From NCBI GenBank assembly GCA_963730185.1, contig CAVSQW010000009.1, forward strand, positions 355,175 to 419,174: a DNA stretch of 64,000 nt, in the 5' to 3' direction. The stretch comes from an uncultured Gemmatimonadales bacterium. Lineage in GTDB: Bacteria > Gemmatimonadota > Gemmatimonadetes > Gemmatimonadales > GWC2-71-9. Both the position numbers and the translations under genes were made by a program. This document shows positions 39,280-48,648 of this stretch, in pieces; the first letter of the stretch is position 1, and every line of letters starts with the position of its first letter. The notes beneath the pieces were generated by a model that worked only from the letters and a program-made list of their open reading frames with translations, was not told the DNA's origin and made no database searches.

Positions 39280-40910
39280 GGTCGCCGCTCGTACACCACT
39301 CGGCCGCCGAGGATCGTGAGGTCCACCTTGGTCTGGAGGATCCGTTCGGTGGGAATGGTGAGCAGGTCGTCCGAGAGGACGATCAAGTCGGCGAGGCGGC
39401 CGGGCTCGAGCGTGCCCTTGAGATGCTCTTCCCGGGTCACGAAGGGGCCGTTCCTGGTGTAGGCGCGAATCGCTTCCGGCATGGTCAAGCGCTCGTCGGC
39501 CCCGAAGACCCGCCCACTCATTCCCTTCCGGGTGACCGCGGCGTAGAGGCCCACCATCGGCCCGATCGGAAGGATGTCGCTGCTGAAGGCCATGAACACC
39601 CGGTGGTCGAGGACGCTGCGGAGCGGGTTGTTGTGCTCCAGCCGCCAGCCTTCCAGGTTGGCTTCGTAGCGACCCTCCAGGGTGTAGGTGAAGTTGGGTT
39701 GCTGGACGACCAGGATGCCGTCCTGCGCCATCCGGTCCACCGTGGAGTCGGGTGGCCGCATGCTGAAGTGGTTCACGTAGTGGCGGTGGTCGGCCCGAGG
39801 CGACTCGCGGAGGACTCGGTCGAAGGTGTTCACCGCCAGCACGATCGCGCCATCGCCGATGGTGTGGAGCCCGAACTGCCATCCCAGGGCGTGACCGGCA
39901 CGGACCGCCTGGTAGAGCTCGTCGGGGGTGTAGTTGAGCTTGCCGCGATAGGTCGGCTGGCCTCGGTAGGGTGCGAGCGTGTAGGCGGCCGGCCCGGTGA
40001 AGCCGCCGTCGACCAGCATCTTGACCGCGCCGACCCGGAGCCACTCGTCGCCGTCGCCCGTCTTTCGGCCGAAGGCCTTCATCTGGTCGGCGCCCTGCCA
40101 GTAGATCTGGACGGTCGCCCGCGGAAGGGCGTGGGCGTGGGTCCGGTAGGCCCGCTCCCATTCGGCGTATTCGTCGGGATTCACGCCGGCCTGAATCAGG
40201 CTGGTGATCCCGAGGCTGAGCAGCCGCTCCAGGTGGGCCACGAAACTGGGCCGAAGCTCCTCGACCGAGGGCTCGGGCACGAGGCGATAGAACAGGTCCG
40301 ATCGCTCCCGCACGACGCCGTTGGGCTCGCCCCGCTGGTCGTGCTCGATCACGCCGCGGTCGGGGTCGGGCGTCGACCGGTCGATCTTCGCCAGCCGGAG
40401 GGCCAGGCTGTTGCCCACGGCGCTGTGGCCGCCGGCCCGCGACAGCGCGACCGGGTTGTCGGGCGCGGCCTGGTCCAGGTCGCCCCGGAGCGGCTTCCGC
40501 CGCTCGGCCAGCTGATCCTCTGACCACCCGTAGCCGGTGATCCAGCGGCCGGGGCCGAGCTCCCGGGCCTTGGCCGTCACCAGCCGTTGGATCTCGGCGA
40601 TCGAGGTGACCTCGGAGAGATCCAGGTGCCAGGCCGGGTCGCCGCTGATGTGGATGTGGGTATCGTCGAAGCCGGGGATCACCAGCCGGCCGCCCAGGTC
40701 GATGGTCCGGACCGCGCGGTACCGCGTCGTCAGGTCGTTGCCGCCCACGGCAAGCACCCGACCGTCGCGGATCGCGATCGCCTGGTAGATCGAAAAGGCG
40801 TCGTCGACCACGGCGATCTTGCCGTGGTGGAGCACCAGGTCGGCTGGCTCCTGGGCGGCGAGGGGCGCGGCCGCCAGGACCAGCGTCAGGACAACCGTCA
40901 TCGGCCGCAT
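39276..40910 (-). CDS. Secreted amidohydrolase_3 (YtcJ-like)
   Basis: Signal peptide. PGFDDTHIH, K..VDGG, HTIGD and GTLEPGRLADLIVL motifs. GAGG precedes ATG 40910. Confidence 0.88.
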   Translation of the reverse strand: MRPMTVVLTLVLAAAPLAAQEPADLVLHHGKIAVVDDAFSIYQAIAIRDGRVLAVGGNDLTTRYRAVRTIDLGGRLVIPGFDDTHIHISGDPAWHLDLSEVTSIAEIQRLVTAKARELGPGRWITGYGWSEDQLAERRKPLRGDLDQAAPDNPVALSRAGGHSAVGNSLALRLAKIDRSTPDPDRGVIEHDQRGEPNGVVRERSDLFYRLVPEPSVEELRPSFVAHLERLLSLGITSLIQAGVNPDEYAEWERAYRTHAHALPRATVQIYWQGADQMKAFGRKTGDGDEWLRVGAVKMLVDGGFTGPAAYTLAPYRGQPTYRGKLNYTPDELYQAVRAGHALGWQFGLHTIGDGAIVLAVNTFDRVLRESPRADHRHYVNHFSMRPPDSTVDRMAQDGILVVQQPNFTYTLEGRYEANLEGWRLEHNNPLRSVLDHRVFMAFSSDILPIGPMVGLYAAVTRKGMSGRVFGADERLTMPEAIRAYTRNGPFVTREEHLKGTLEPGRLADLIVLSDDLLTIPTERILQTKVDLTILGGRVVYERRP

Positions 40911-40932
40911 GGGTGCCTCGGGCAAGGAGGGT

Positions 40933-41952
40933 TCAGAAGCTGCCGGCGCGTTCCTCGAAGTGGGTCGGCCTGCCTAACGATCGGCCGCCGGCCCGGACCC
41001 AGGCCGCGACCCGGTCGAGCATCGTCTCGATGTCGACGGCGGGCGGCCCAAGCAGGGTCGTCGCCGCGGTCGCGTCGCTCAGGAGCGCCGTCCCGGCCTC
41101 GACCCCGGCGAATGTCGGGGTCCGGTCCAGGCGTCTTCCCAGTGCCTCGGCGAGCCACCGCACCCGATACTTGGAGCCCGTCAGATTGAGCACCAGGGGT
41201 GGCGTGGTCACGTGGGCGATGGCCGCGAGGGCGGCGGCGTTGGCGTCGCGCTGCCAGATGACGTTGACCCACCCCATCGTCAGATCGATCGGCCGCTCCG
41301 CGATCACCCGATCGGCCAGGTCGCGGAGCACGCCGTACCGGGGCTCGACCGCGTAGTTGAGCCGGAGCAGCGCCATCGGGGTGCCGTCCCGGGCCGACTG
41401 ATACTCCAGGATCCGTTCCCGCGCCAGGGCCGACTGGGCGTACTCGCCGATCGGGCCGACCGGGTCGCGCTCGCTCGGTCCCTCGCTCGCGGCCGGCCAG
41501 AGGGGATAGACGTTGCCGGTCGAGAAAGCCACCATCGGCACCCCGCGGAACCGCTCGGCCGCGAACGCCGGCACCAGCGTGTTGATCGCCCAGGTGCGGG
41601 CCGGGTCGTTGGCGGTGCCGAACTTCTGGCCCACCATGTAGACGACGGCCGCCGCATCCGGTAGCCCGGCGACCCGATCTCGATCCGATAGGTCGGCGCC
41701 GAGGGTGTGCACGCCGTCACTCTCGAGCGCGTCGCGGAGACCCGGGGTCGAGAAGCGGGCGACCGCGACCACCCGCCCCCGGCCGCCCGCGTCGGCCCGG
41801 GCCCGTCGGGCCATCCGGGCGAGGCTCGGTCCCATCTTGCCGCCGGCGCCCAGAACCAGCAGGTCGCCGTCGAGCGCGGCGAGGGCGGCCACCGCGCGAG
41901 GCGATGGCTGCGAGAGCGCGCGCTCGAGCGCTGTTTCGTCGGGGAGAGGCAT
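40933..41952 (-). CDS. NAD-dependent epimerase/dehydratase family protein
   Basis: ATG 41952. LGAGGKMG Rossmann motif, plus STGNVY, YAQSALARE and RLNYA. Confidence 0.85.
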   Translation of the reverse strand: MPLPDETALERALSQPSPRAVAALAALDGDLLVLGAGGKMGPSLARMARRARADAGGRGRVVAVARFSTPGLRDALESDGVHTLGADLSDRDRVAGLPDAAAVVYMVGQKFGTANDPARTWAINTLVPAFAAERFRGVPMVAFSTGNVYPLWPAASEGPSERDPVGPIGEYAQSALARERILEYQSARDGTPMALLRLNYAVEPRYGVLRDLADRVIAERPIDLTMGWVNVIWQRDANAAALAAIAHVTTPPLVLNLTGSKYRVRWLAEALGRRLDRTPTFAGVEAGTALLSDATAATTLLGPPAVDIETMLDRVAAWVRAGGRSLGRPTHFEERAGSF

Positions 41953-42051
41953 GCCTTGATGGTCGGGTTGGCTCGGATCAACGATAGTCGTCGCGGCCGG
42001 CGGAGTATAGCTTTCGGCTCGCCGTTCTCCGCCGACAATTCGGGAGGTCCC

Positions 42052-43743
42052 ATGCAGGTTGCCGCGCGGCTGGTCGTCCTCGCGCTGGGAGGTTCCATGT
42101 TCCTGAGTGGTGTCCGGACCGCCGAGGCCCAGGCCCCGCGGCCGGCGACGATGGCCGGTCGATCCACCGTCTACGCGCCCCACGGCGCCATCGCCACCAG
42201 CCAGCCGCTCGCCACGGCCGCCGGCCTGGCGGTGCTCCAGCGGGGTGGCAACGCGATCGACGCGGCCGTGACCGCGGCGGCGGTGCTCAACGTGGTGGAG
42301 CCGATGATGACCGGTATCGGCGGCGACGCGTTCGCGCTGCTCTGGTCGGCCCCCGAGCACCGGCTGGTCGGGATCAACGGCAGCGGCCGCTCGGGCTCGC
42401 TTCTGACCCGCGAGGCGCTGGTCGAGCGGGGACACCGGACCATGCCGGTGACCGGGGCGGAGTCGATCACCGTGCCGGGCGCCCTCGCGGCGTGGAACGA
42501 TCTCCTGACCCGGTACGGCACGATCACCCTGGCCGAGGCCCTGGCGCCGGCCATCGCGCTGGCCGAGGACGGCTTCCCGGTCACGCCGGTGATCGCGGCC
42601 GACTGGGCCGACTATGCCGACGCGCCCCGCCGTGACGAGGGCGGCCGGGCCACCTACTTGATCGACGGCGAGCGGGCACCCCGGGCCGGTGAGTGGGCCC
42701 GGAATCCCGACCTCGCGGCCAGCTTCCGGTTGATCGCGAAAGAAGGGGTCGGGGTGTTCTACGGAGGCGAGCTGGGCCAGCGAATCGCCGCGGGGGTGCG
42801 GAAGCTCGGCGGGTTTCTCACCGACGAGGACTTTCGGGACCACCGGTCCGACTGGGTGCAGCCGATCTCGGTGCCGTTCCACGGCTACCGGCTCTACGAG
42901 CTCCCTCCCAATGGCCAGGGCGTCGCCGCGCTCGAGATGCTCCGGATCCTCGAGCCCTACGACCTGAAGGGCATGGGGCACAACTCGGCCATCTACCTCC
43001 ACCACCTGATCGAGGCCAAGAAACTGGCTTTCGCCGACCTCGCCCATTACGTGGGCGACCCGGGCGCCATGACGACGTCGCCCGAGTACTTGCTCTCCGA
43101 CGGCTTCATCGCCGAGCGGCGGAGCCAGCTGAGCTCGCGGCAGGCCAGCGCCCGGGTGGAGCCTGGTCCGGCCGCCAGCCGGAGCGAAACCATTTACCTC
43201 ACCGCGGCCGACGGGCAGGGCAACATGGTCTCGTTCATCAACAGCCTGGCCGGCGGATTCGGCTCCGGCGTCGTGGTCCCGGGTACCGGCATCGCGCTCC
43301 AGAACCGAGGTGCCGGGTTCACGATGGAGCAGGGGCTGGCCAACACGGTTGGCCCCCGGAAGCGGCCGCTCCACACCATCATCCCCGCGTTCGTGACCAA
43401 GGTGCGGCCCGACGGCGACGAGGACCCGTGGATGAGCTTCGGTGTGATGGGCGGCGCGATGCAGCCCCAGGGGCACGTCCAGGTCCTGCTCAATCTCCTG
43501 GTGTTCGGGATGGACCTCCAGGAGGCGCTCGACCAGCCCCGGTTCCGCCACCTGAGCGGCCTCAAGGTCGGGTTGGAGGCGCCGATCCCGGAGGCGGTGA
43601 GACAACGGCTCCGGGAGATGGGGCACGACGTGGTCGACCTCCCCGCGAGCGCTGCCGGCGGGGCGCAGGCCATCCGGCGACTGACGCGAGGATACGCCGC
43701 CGCCTCGGACCCCCGGAAGGATGGGATGGCCGCGGGTCAGTGA
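42052..43743 (+). CDS. ggt: Gamma-glutamyltransferase (Ntn hydrolase)
   Basis: RBS ggagg and ATG 42052. GGNAIDAAV, SE/TIYL autoproteolysis Thr, QNRG, KRPLHTIIP, GVMGG.MQPQG and DPRKDG motifs. Confidence 0.92.
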   Translation: MQVAARLVVLALGGSMFLSGVRTAEAQAPRPATMAGRSTVYAPHGAIATSQPLATAAGLAVLQRGGNAIDAAVTAAAVLNVVEPMMTGIGGDAFALLWSAPEHRLVGINGSGRSGSLLTREALVERGHRTMPVTGAESITVPGALAAWNDLLTRYGTITLAEALAPAIALAEDGFPVTPVIAADWADYADAPRRDEGGRATYLIDGERAPRAGEWARNPDLAASFRLIAKEGVGVFYGGELGQRIAAGVRKLGGFLTDEDFRDHRSDWVQPISVPFHGYRLYELPPNGQGVAALEMLRILEPYDLKGMGHNSAIYLHHLIEAKKLAFADLAHYVGDPGAMTTSPEYLLSDGFIAERRSQLSSRQASARVEPGPAASRSETIYLTAADGQGNMVSFINSLAGGFGSGVVVPGTGIALQNRGAGFTMEQGLANTVGPRKRPLHTIIPAFVTKVRPDGDEDPWMSFGVMGGAMQPQGHVQVLLNLLVFGMDLQEALDQPRFRHLSGLKVGLEAPIPEAVRQRLREMGHDVVDLPASAAGGAQAIRRLTRGYAAASDPRKDGMAAGQ

Positions 43744-43804
43744 CCGATTCGCTCCTAAGCGCTCGACGGCCACCGTATGTTGGCCGACCGCTGAGGCACG
43801 GGCA

Positions 43805-44611
43805 TTGACGATCCTACCGGTCGCCGACGGCGACCTGGCCTACGAGCTTGCCGGGGAAGGCCGACCCCTCCTGCTGCTCCACGGTCTCGGTGGCCGGGGA
43901 AGCGACTGGACTGCCCAGGTGGCCCACTTCCGGAGTCGTTACCGGGTGATCACCTGCGACGTGCTCGGGCACGGCGGATCGGCCCGCCCGCCCGGCCCCT
44001 ACAGCGTTGCCCGCTTTGCCCGGGGAGTGGCGACCCTGCTCCGGACCGTCGCGCCCGAGCCGGCGCACGTCGTCGGCCTCTCGATGGGCGGGATGGTCGC
44101 CTTTCAGCTCGCGGTCGACGCGCCCGACCTGATCCGGAGTCTGGTGATCGTCAACAGCGGTCCCGAGCTGGTGCCGAGAAACGCGGCCGAGCGGTGGGCG
44201 CTGCGGATGCGGGTGGGCACGGTGCGCTGGCTCGGGATGCGGCGGATGGGGACGATGCTGGGTGAACGTCTCTTTCCGGGCGATCCGGATCGCCGGGCGG
44301 ATTTCCTGGCCCGATTCCTCACCAACGACCGCGCTGCGTACCTGGCGGCCACCCGGGCCCTGATCGGCTGGTCGGTGGCCGACCGGATCGAGGCGATCGA
44401 GGCCCCGACGCTGGCGGTCGTCTCCGACCAGGACTACACTCCGCCCTCCCGGAAAGAGGAGTACGTTCGGCGGATCCGCGGCGCGCGGATGGTGGTGGTG
44501 CCGAATGCCCGCCACGCGCTGCCGATGGAGCAGCCGGACGCGTTCAACCAGGTGCTCGACGCCTTCCTCGCGGAGGTCGACGGCTCCACGACGACGGCAG
44601 GTGCCCCATGA
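43805..44611 (+). CDS. Alpha/beta hydrolase (enol-lactonase PcaD-like)
   Basis: LLHGLG, GLSMGG, D.DY and ARH.LPMEQP motifs. Likely TTG start at 43805. Confidence 0.85.
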   Translation: MTILPVADGDLAYELAGEGRPLLLLHGLGGRGSDWTAQVAHFRSRYRVITCDVLGHGGSARPPGPYSVARFARGVATLLRTVAPEPAHVVGLSMGGMVAFQLAVDAPDLIRSLVIVNSGPELVPRNAAERWALRMRVGTVRWLGMRRMGTMLGERLFPGDPDRRADFLARFLTNDRAAYLAATRALIGWSVADRIEAIEAPTLAVVSDQDYTPPSRKEEYVRRIRGARMVVVPNARHALPMEQPDAFNQVLDAFLAEVDGSTTTAGAP

Positions 44612-45436
44612 TCCGAGCGCTGCTCGCCGTGACCGCGGCGGGACTCACCCTCGGGGCCGCGCCCGCGGCCGACGATCCGGTCTATCAGGTCTACGCCGTC
44701 GACTACGGCACCCTGGTTCAGTACCCGCTCCGCGGCCTGGTCCTCGGCGCCGACTCGGGCGTCACGATCGACGGCGCGATGATGGTCTGGGTGGTCCGCG
44801 GGAACGGCCGGGTGATGCTGGTCGACGCGGGGTTCTATCGGAGCCAGTTCCTCGAGTCCTGGAAGATCGGCAACTACGTCCGCCCCTCGGAGGCCATCCG
44901 CCGGCTCGGGATCGCGCCGGAGGAGGTCACCGACCTGGTGATCTCGCATCTCCACTGGGATCACGCCGACGGGGCCGACCTCTTTCCCAACGCGCGAGTC
45001 TGGATCCAGAAGGCCGAGTACGAGTACTACCGCGATCCCGCCCACCTGGAGCGGAGCGGGGTGTTCCCGGTGGACATGGAGATGATGGCGGGGATCGAGC
45101 GGGCCGGGCGGCTGCGACCTGGTCCCGGGCGATTCACAGGAGGTGGCGCCGGGCATCCTGGTCTACACCGGCGGCCGGCACACCCACGAATCGCAGTACG
45201 TGAGCGTCCCGACCCGCGCGGGCACGGTGGTCCTGGCCTCGGACAACGTCTACCTCTATCTCAACCTGGACCGGCACCGCCCGATCGCGGCCACCTGGGA
45301 CACGGTCTCGAACCTGGCCGCTCAGGACCGGATGAAACGGATCGCGTCGTCGCCCCGGCTGATTGTCCCGGGACACGATCCGGCCGTCTTCGATCGGTTC
45401 CCCAAGGTGGCCGACCGCGTCGTGGAGATCCGTTAG
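44608..45436 (+). CDS. Secreted metallo-beta-lactamase-fold hydrolase (AHL-lactonase-like), frameshift near 45118
   Basis: Signal peptide, LVDAG and SHLHWDHADG. The next frame continues LVPGDSQEVAPG...GRHT...ASDN...PGHD. Confidence 0.82.
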
Positions 45437-45472
45437 GGGCCGAGCCACCCGGAATTCGACAGGAGCCTTCCC

Positions 45473-48400
45473 ATGCCGCACCCCGTTCCCGGGCGCGGGT
45501 CCCTTCGCGGGGCCGCGCTGCTCTCCGTTCTCGCCCTGGGACCGATCGCCGCTCAGGACCCGCCGGCCTGGAAGGTCGACTCGACCCGGGCCCCGAGCCA
45601 CGTGCTGGAGTTTACGGCCACCGAGGGCTCGTGGATGAGCGTCGACGTCTCGCCGGACGGGCGGTTCGTCGCGTTCGACCTGCTGGGGCAGATCTACGAG
45701 ATGCCGATCGGGGGCGGCGACGCTCGCCGGCTCACGGAGGGGCGGAGCTGGAACCTGTTCCCCCGCTACAGCCCCGACGGTGGCCGGATCCTGTTCACCT
45801 CCGATCGGACTGGGATCTACCAGATCTGGGCGCTGGTGCGGAACGCCGACTCGGTGGTCCGAATCTCCAAGGGCGATCAGTGGACCGCTCAGGGAGCCTG
45901 GTCGGCCGACGGACGCTTCGTCTATGCCACGGTCATGGATCTGGGCGCCCGCTTCAACGGGGTCCGGATCGACGCCTACGGCGACCGCACCGACCTCGGC
46001 CGGCCGGCGCTCTTCACCCCGCCGACCCACTTCAACGAGCGGGCGGCCGACGGCAAGGTCTACTACTCCGAGCCCGCCGGTCCGGTATATCGGGCCGGCT
46101 TCCAGATCAACGCCTACGACCTCGGCACGGGCCGGATCGAGACCGTCGTCCGCCGGCCGGGTGGCGCGGTTTCGCCCAGCCTGTCGCACGACGGCCGCTG
46201 GATGGCCTACGTGCATCGGGAGGACCAGACCACTGAGTTGGTCCTCCACGACCTCACGACCGGCCTCGAGCGGGTGCTCTTCGACCGGCTCGACCGCGAC
46301 CGCCAGGAGGCCGGCGCCGGAGCCGACTACGGCGCCTACCCGCACTTCGCCTGGACCCCCGACGACCGCGCGGTCGTGATCGCCTACGGGGGGCACCTGC
46401 AGGCGATCGACGTCGCGAGCGGGGCCACCCGCGAGATCCCTTTCCGGGCGCCGGTCCGGCGGGTGATGGAGGAGACGATCCGCTTCCCGGTCACCATCCC
46501 GGCGAGCGGCAAGGCGCTCACCCGGTCGCACCGGTTCGGGATTCCCGCCGACCAGGGCGTGATCTTCGAGGCGCTGGGGAACCTGTACTACCGGACCGGC
46601 GACAAGCGGATCGCGCTGACCGACACGCCGGCGCACGAGACCAGCCCGGCCTACGATCCGGCCACCCGCACGGTCTACTACGCCGCCTGGACCGACGACA
46701 GCCTGGGCAGCCTCTGGCGGCGGCCGCTCCTGGCGGGCTCGGCCCCGGTCCGGCTCCCGGCCCGCCCGTCGCAGTTCGGGTCGCTCACCCTCTCACCCGA
46801 CGGGCAGACGCTGGCCTACCTCCGCGGCGCGGACGCGCTGGCCCGGGGCGGGGTGACGCTGGACGGTCAGGGCACCTTCGAGCTGATGGTGATGGGGCCG
46901 GACCAGGTGGAGCGGAAGGTCACCGACGTCGACTGGGGCGAGGGGCAATTCGCCAACTTCGCCACCCATCTTCCCCCGGGCATCACCTTCTCGCCCGACG
47001 GGCAGCGGCTCTACTTCACCGAGTTCACCGGCGATTCCCTGGCCCTCAAGCGAATCCGCCTCGACGGACTCGACGAGCAGACGCTCTACTACTTCCCCCA
47101 CGCCGTGCATGCGGTCATCTCGCCCGATCTTCGGTGGATCGCGTTCCGCGAGTACACCCGGACCTTCGTCACGCCCAACGCCTTCGCCGGGAAGCCGGTG
47201 AGCGTGAGTGCTTTCGACCACCTGGGCACGACCTTCCGGGTCGACTCGCTCGACGGCGACTACACCGGCTGGACCCGGGACGGCCAGCGCCTCTACTGGA
47301 CCCGGGGCGACTCGTACTTCGAGAAGCCGCTGGCCGACGTGATCGCGGCCCGGGCGCGGCGACCCGCACGATGCTGGCCTTCGAGTACGACGTGCCGGTG
47401 CCGAGCACGACCATCGCGCTCACCCACGCCCGGGTCCTCACCATGGATCCGGCCCGGCGGGTGGTGGAGGACGCCACCATCGTCATCCGGGGCAACACGA
47501 TCGAGGCCGTGGGGCCGGGAGTGGCCGTCCCGGCCGGAGCCCGAACCTTCGACCTCTCGGGCAAGACGGTCATGCCCGGGATGATCGATGCGCACGCGCA
47601 CTACAACTCGTCGATGTCGGTGCTCAACGTGGTGGAGCAGCGGGTCCAGGGGCTGGTGGCCAACCTGGCCTACGGAACCACCACCATGTACGAGGTGTAC
47701 GGGAACGTTCACAAGGACTTCCTGGTGTCCGACCTCCAGCGGGCGGGCGCCATTCCCGGGGCCCGGCTCCTGTCGGTCGGGAACCCGATCTACGGACTCC
47801 GCTATTACCGCCCCAAGCTCTACCGCCCGATCCTTTCGCTGGCCGACGCCGAGGAGATCGTCCGGTTCAACAAGGACCATGGGGCGACGGCGCTCAAGGA
47901 CTACGTTCAGTTCGGCCGGGCGGCTCGCCAAGAGCTCTATGCCGCCGCTCGGAAGTACGGGCTCAACGTGGTCGCCGAGTCTGCCGTGGACCCCGAGATG
48001 AACCTGACCCAGATCATGGACGGGGTGAGCGGGATCGAGCACACGATAGGGCTCACCCCGCTCTACGACGACATCGTCAAGTTCTGGTCGGCGAGCCAGG
48101 CGGGGAATACGCCCACCCTGATCGTGGTCTACAACGGTCCCGAGGGCGAGACGGCCTTTCACCAGTCGGAGCGGCTCTGGGAGAACGAGAAGCTCCGCCA
48201 CTTCTTCCGGGAGGACGAGCTGATCGGCTTCCGGCGAAGCACCCACTACTTCGACGACGACATCTACGCCGGCGACATGGCCAAGGAGCTGCGGAAGCTC
48301 GACGCCGCCGGCGTGTCGCTCCAGGGGAGCGGCCACGGTCAGCTTCAGGGGTTGGACAAGCACTGGGAGCTCGAGCTCTTCGTCCGGGGCGGCTTTACGC

Positions 48401-48648
48401 CGGCTCAGGCGCTCTCGTTCGCGACGATCAAGAGCGCGGCCTACCTTGGTCTGGACCGGCAGCTGGGCTCGATCGAGCCGGGCAAGCTGGCCGACCTGGT
48501 GATCCTCGACGCCAACCCGCTGGACGACATCCGGAACTCGCGGACCATCCGGATGGTGATGCAGAACGGGGTGCTCTACAGCGGGGCCGACGCGGCCCGG
48601 ATCTATCCCGATCCCCGGCCGGCCGGGAAGATGTACTTCATGCGTTAG
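45473..48648 (+). CDS. TolB-like (PD40) beta-propeller fused to an amidohydrolase, frameshift near 47350
   Basis: EGSWMSVDVSPDG and repeated SPDG blades. After the shift come PGMIDAHAH and GSIEPGKLADLVILDANPL. Confidence 0.82.
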
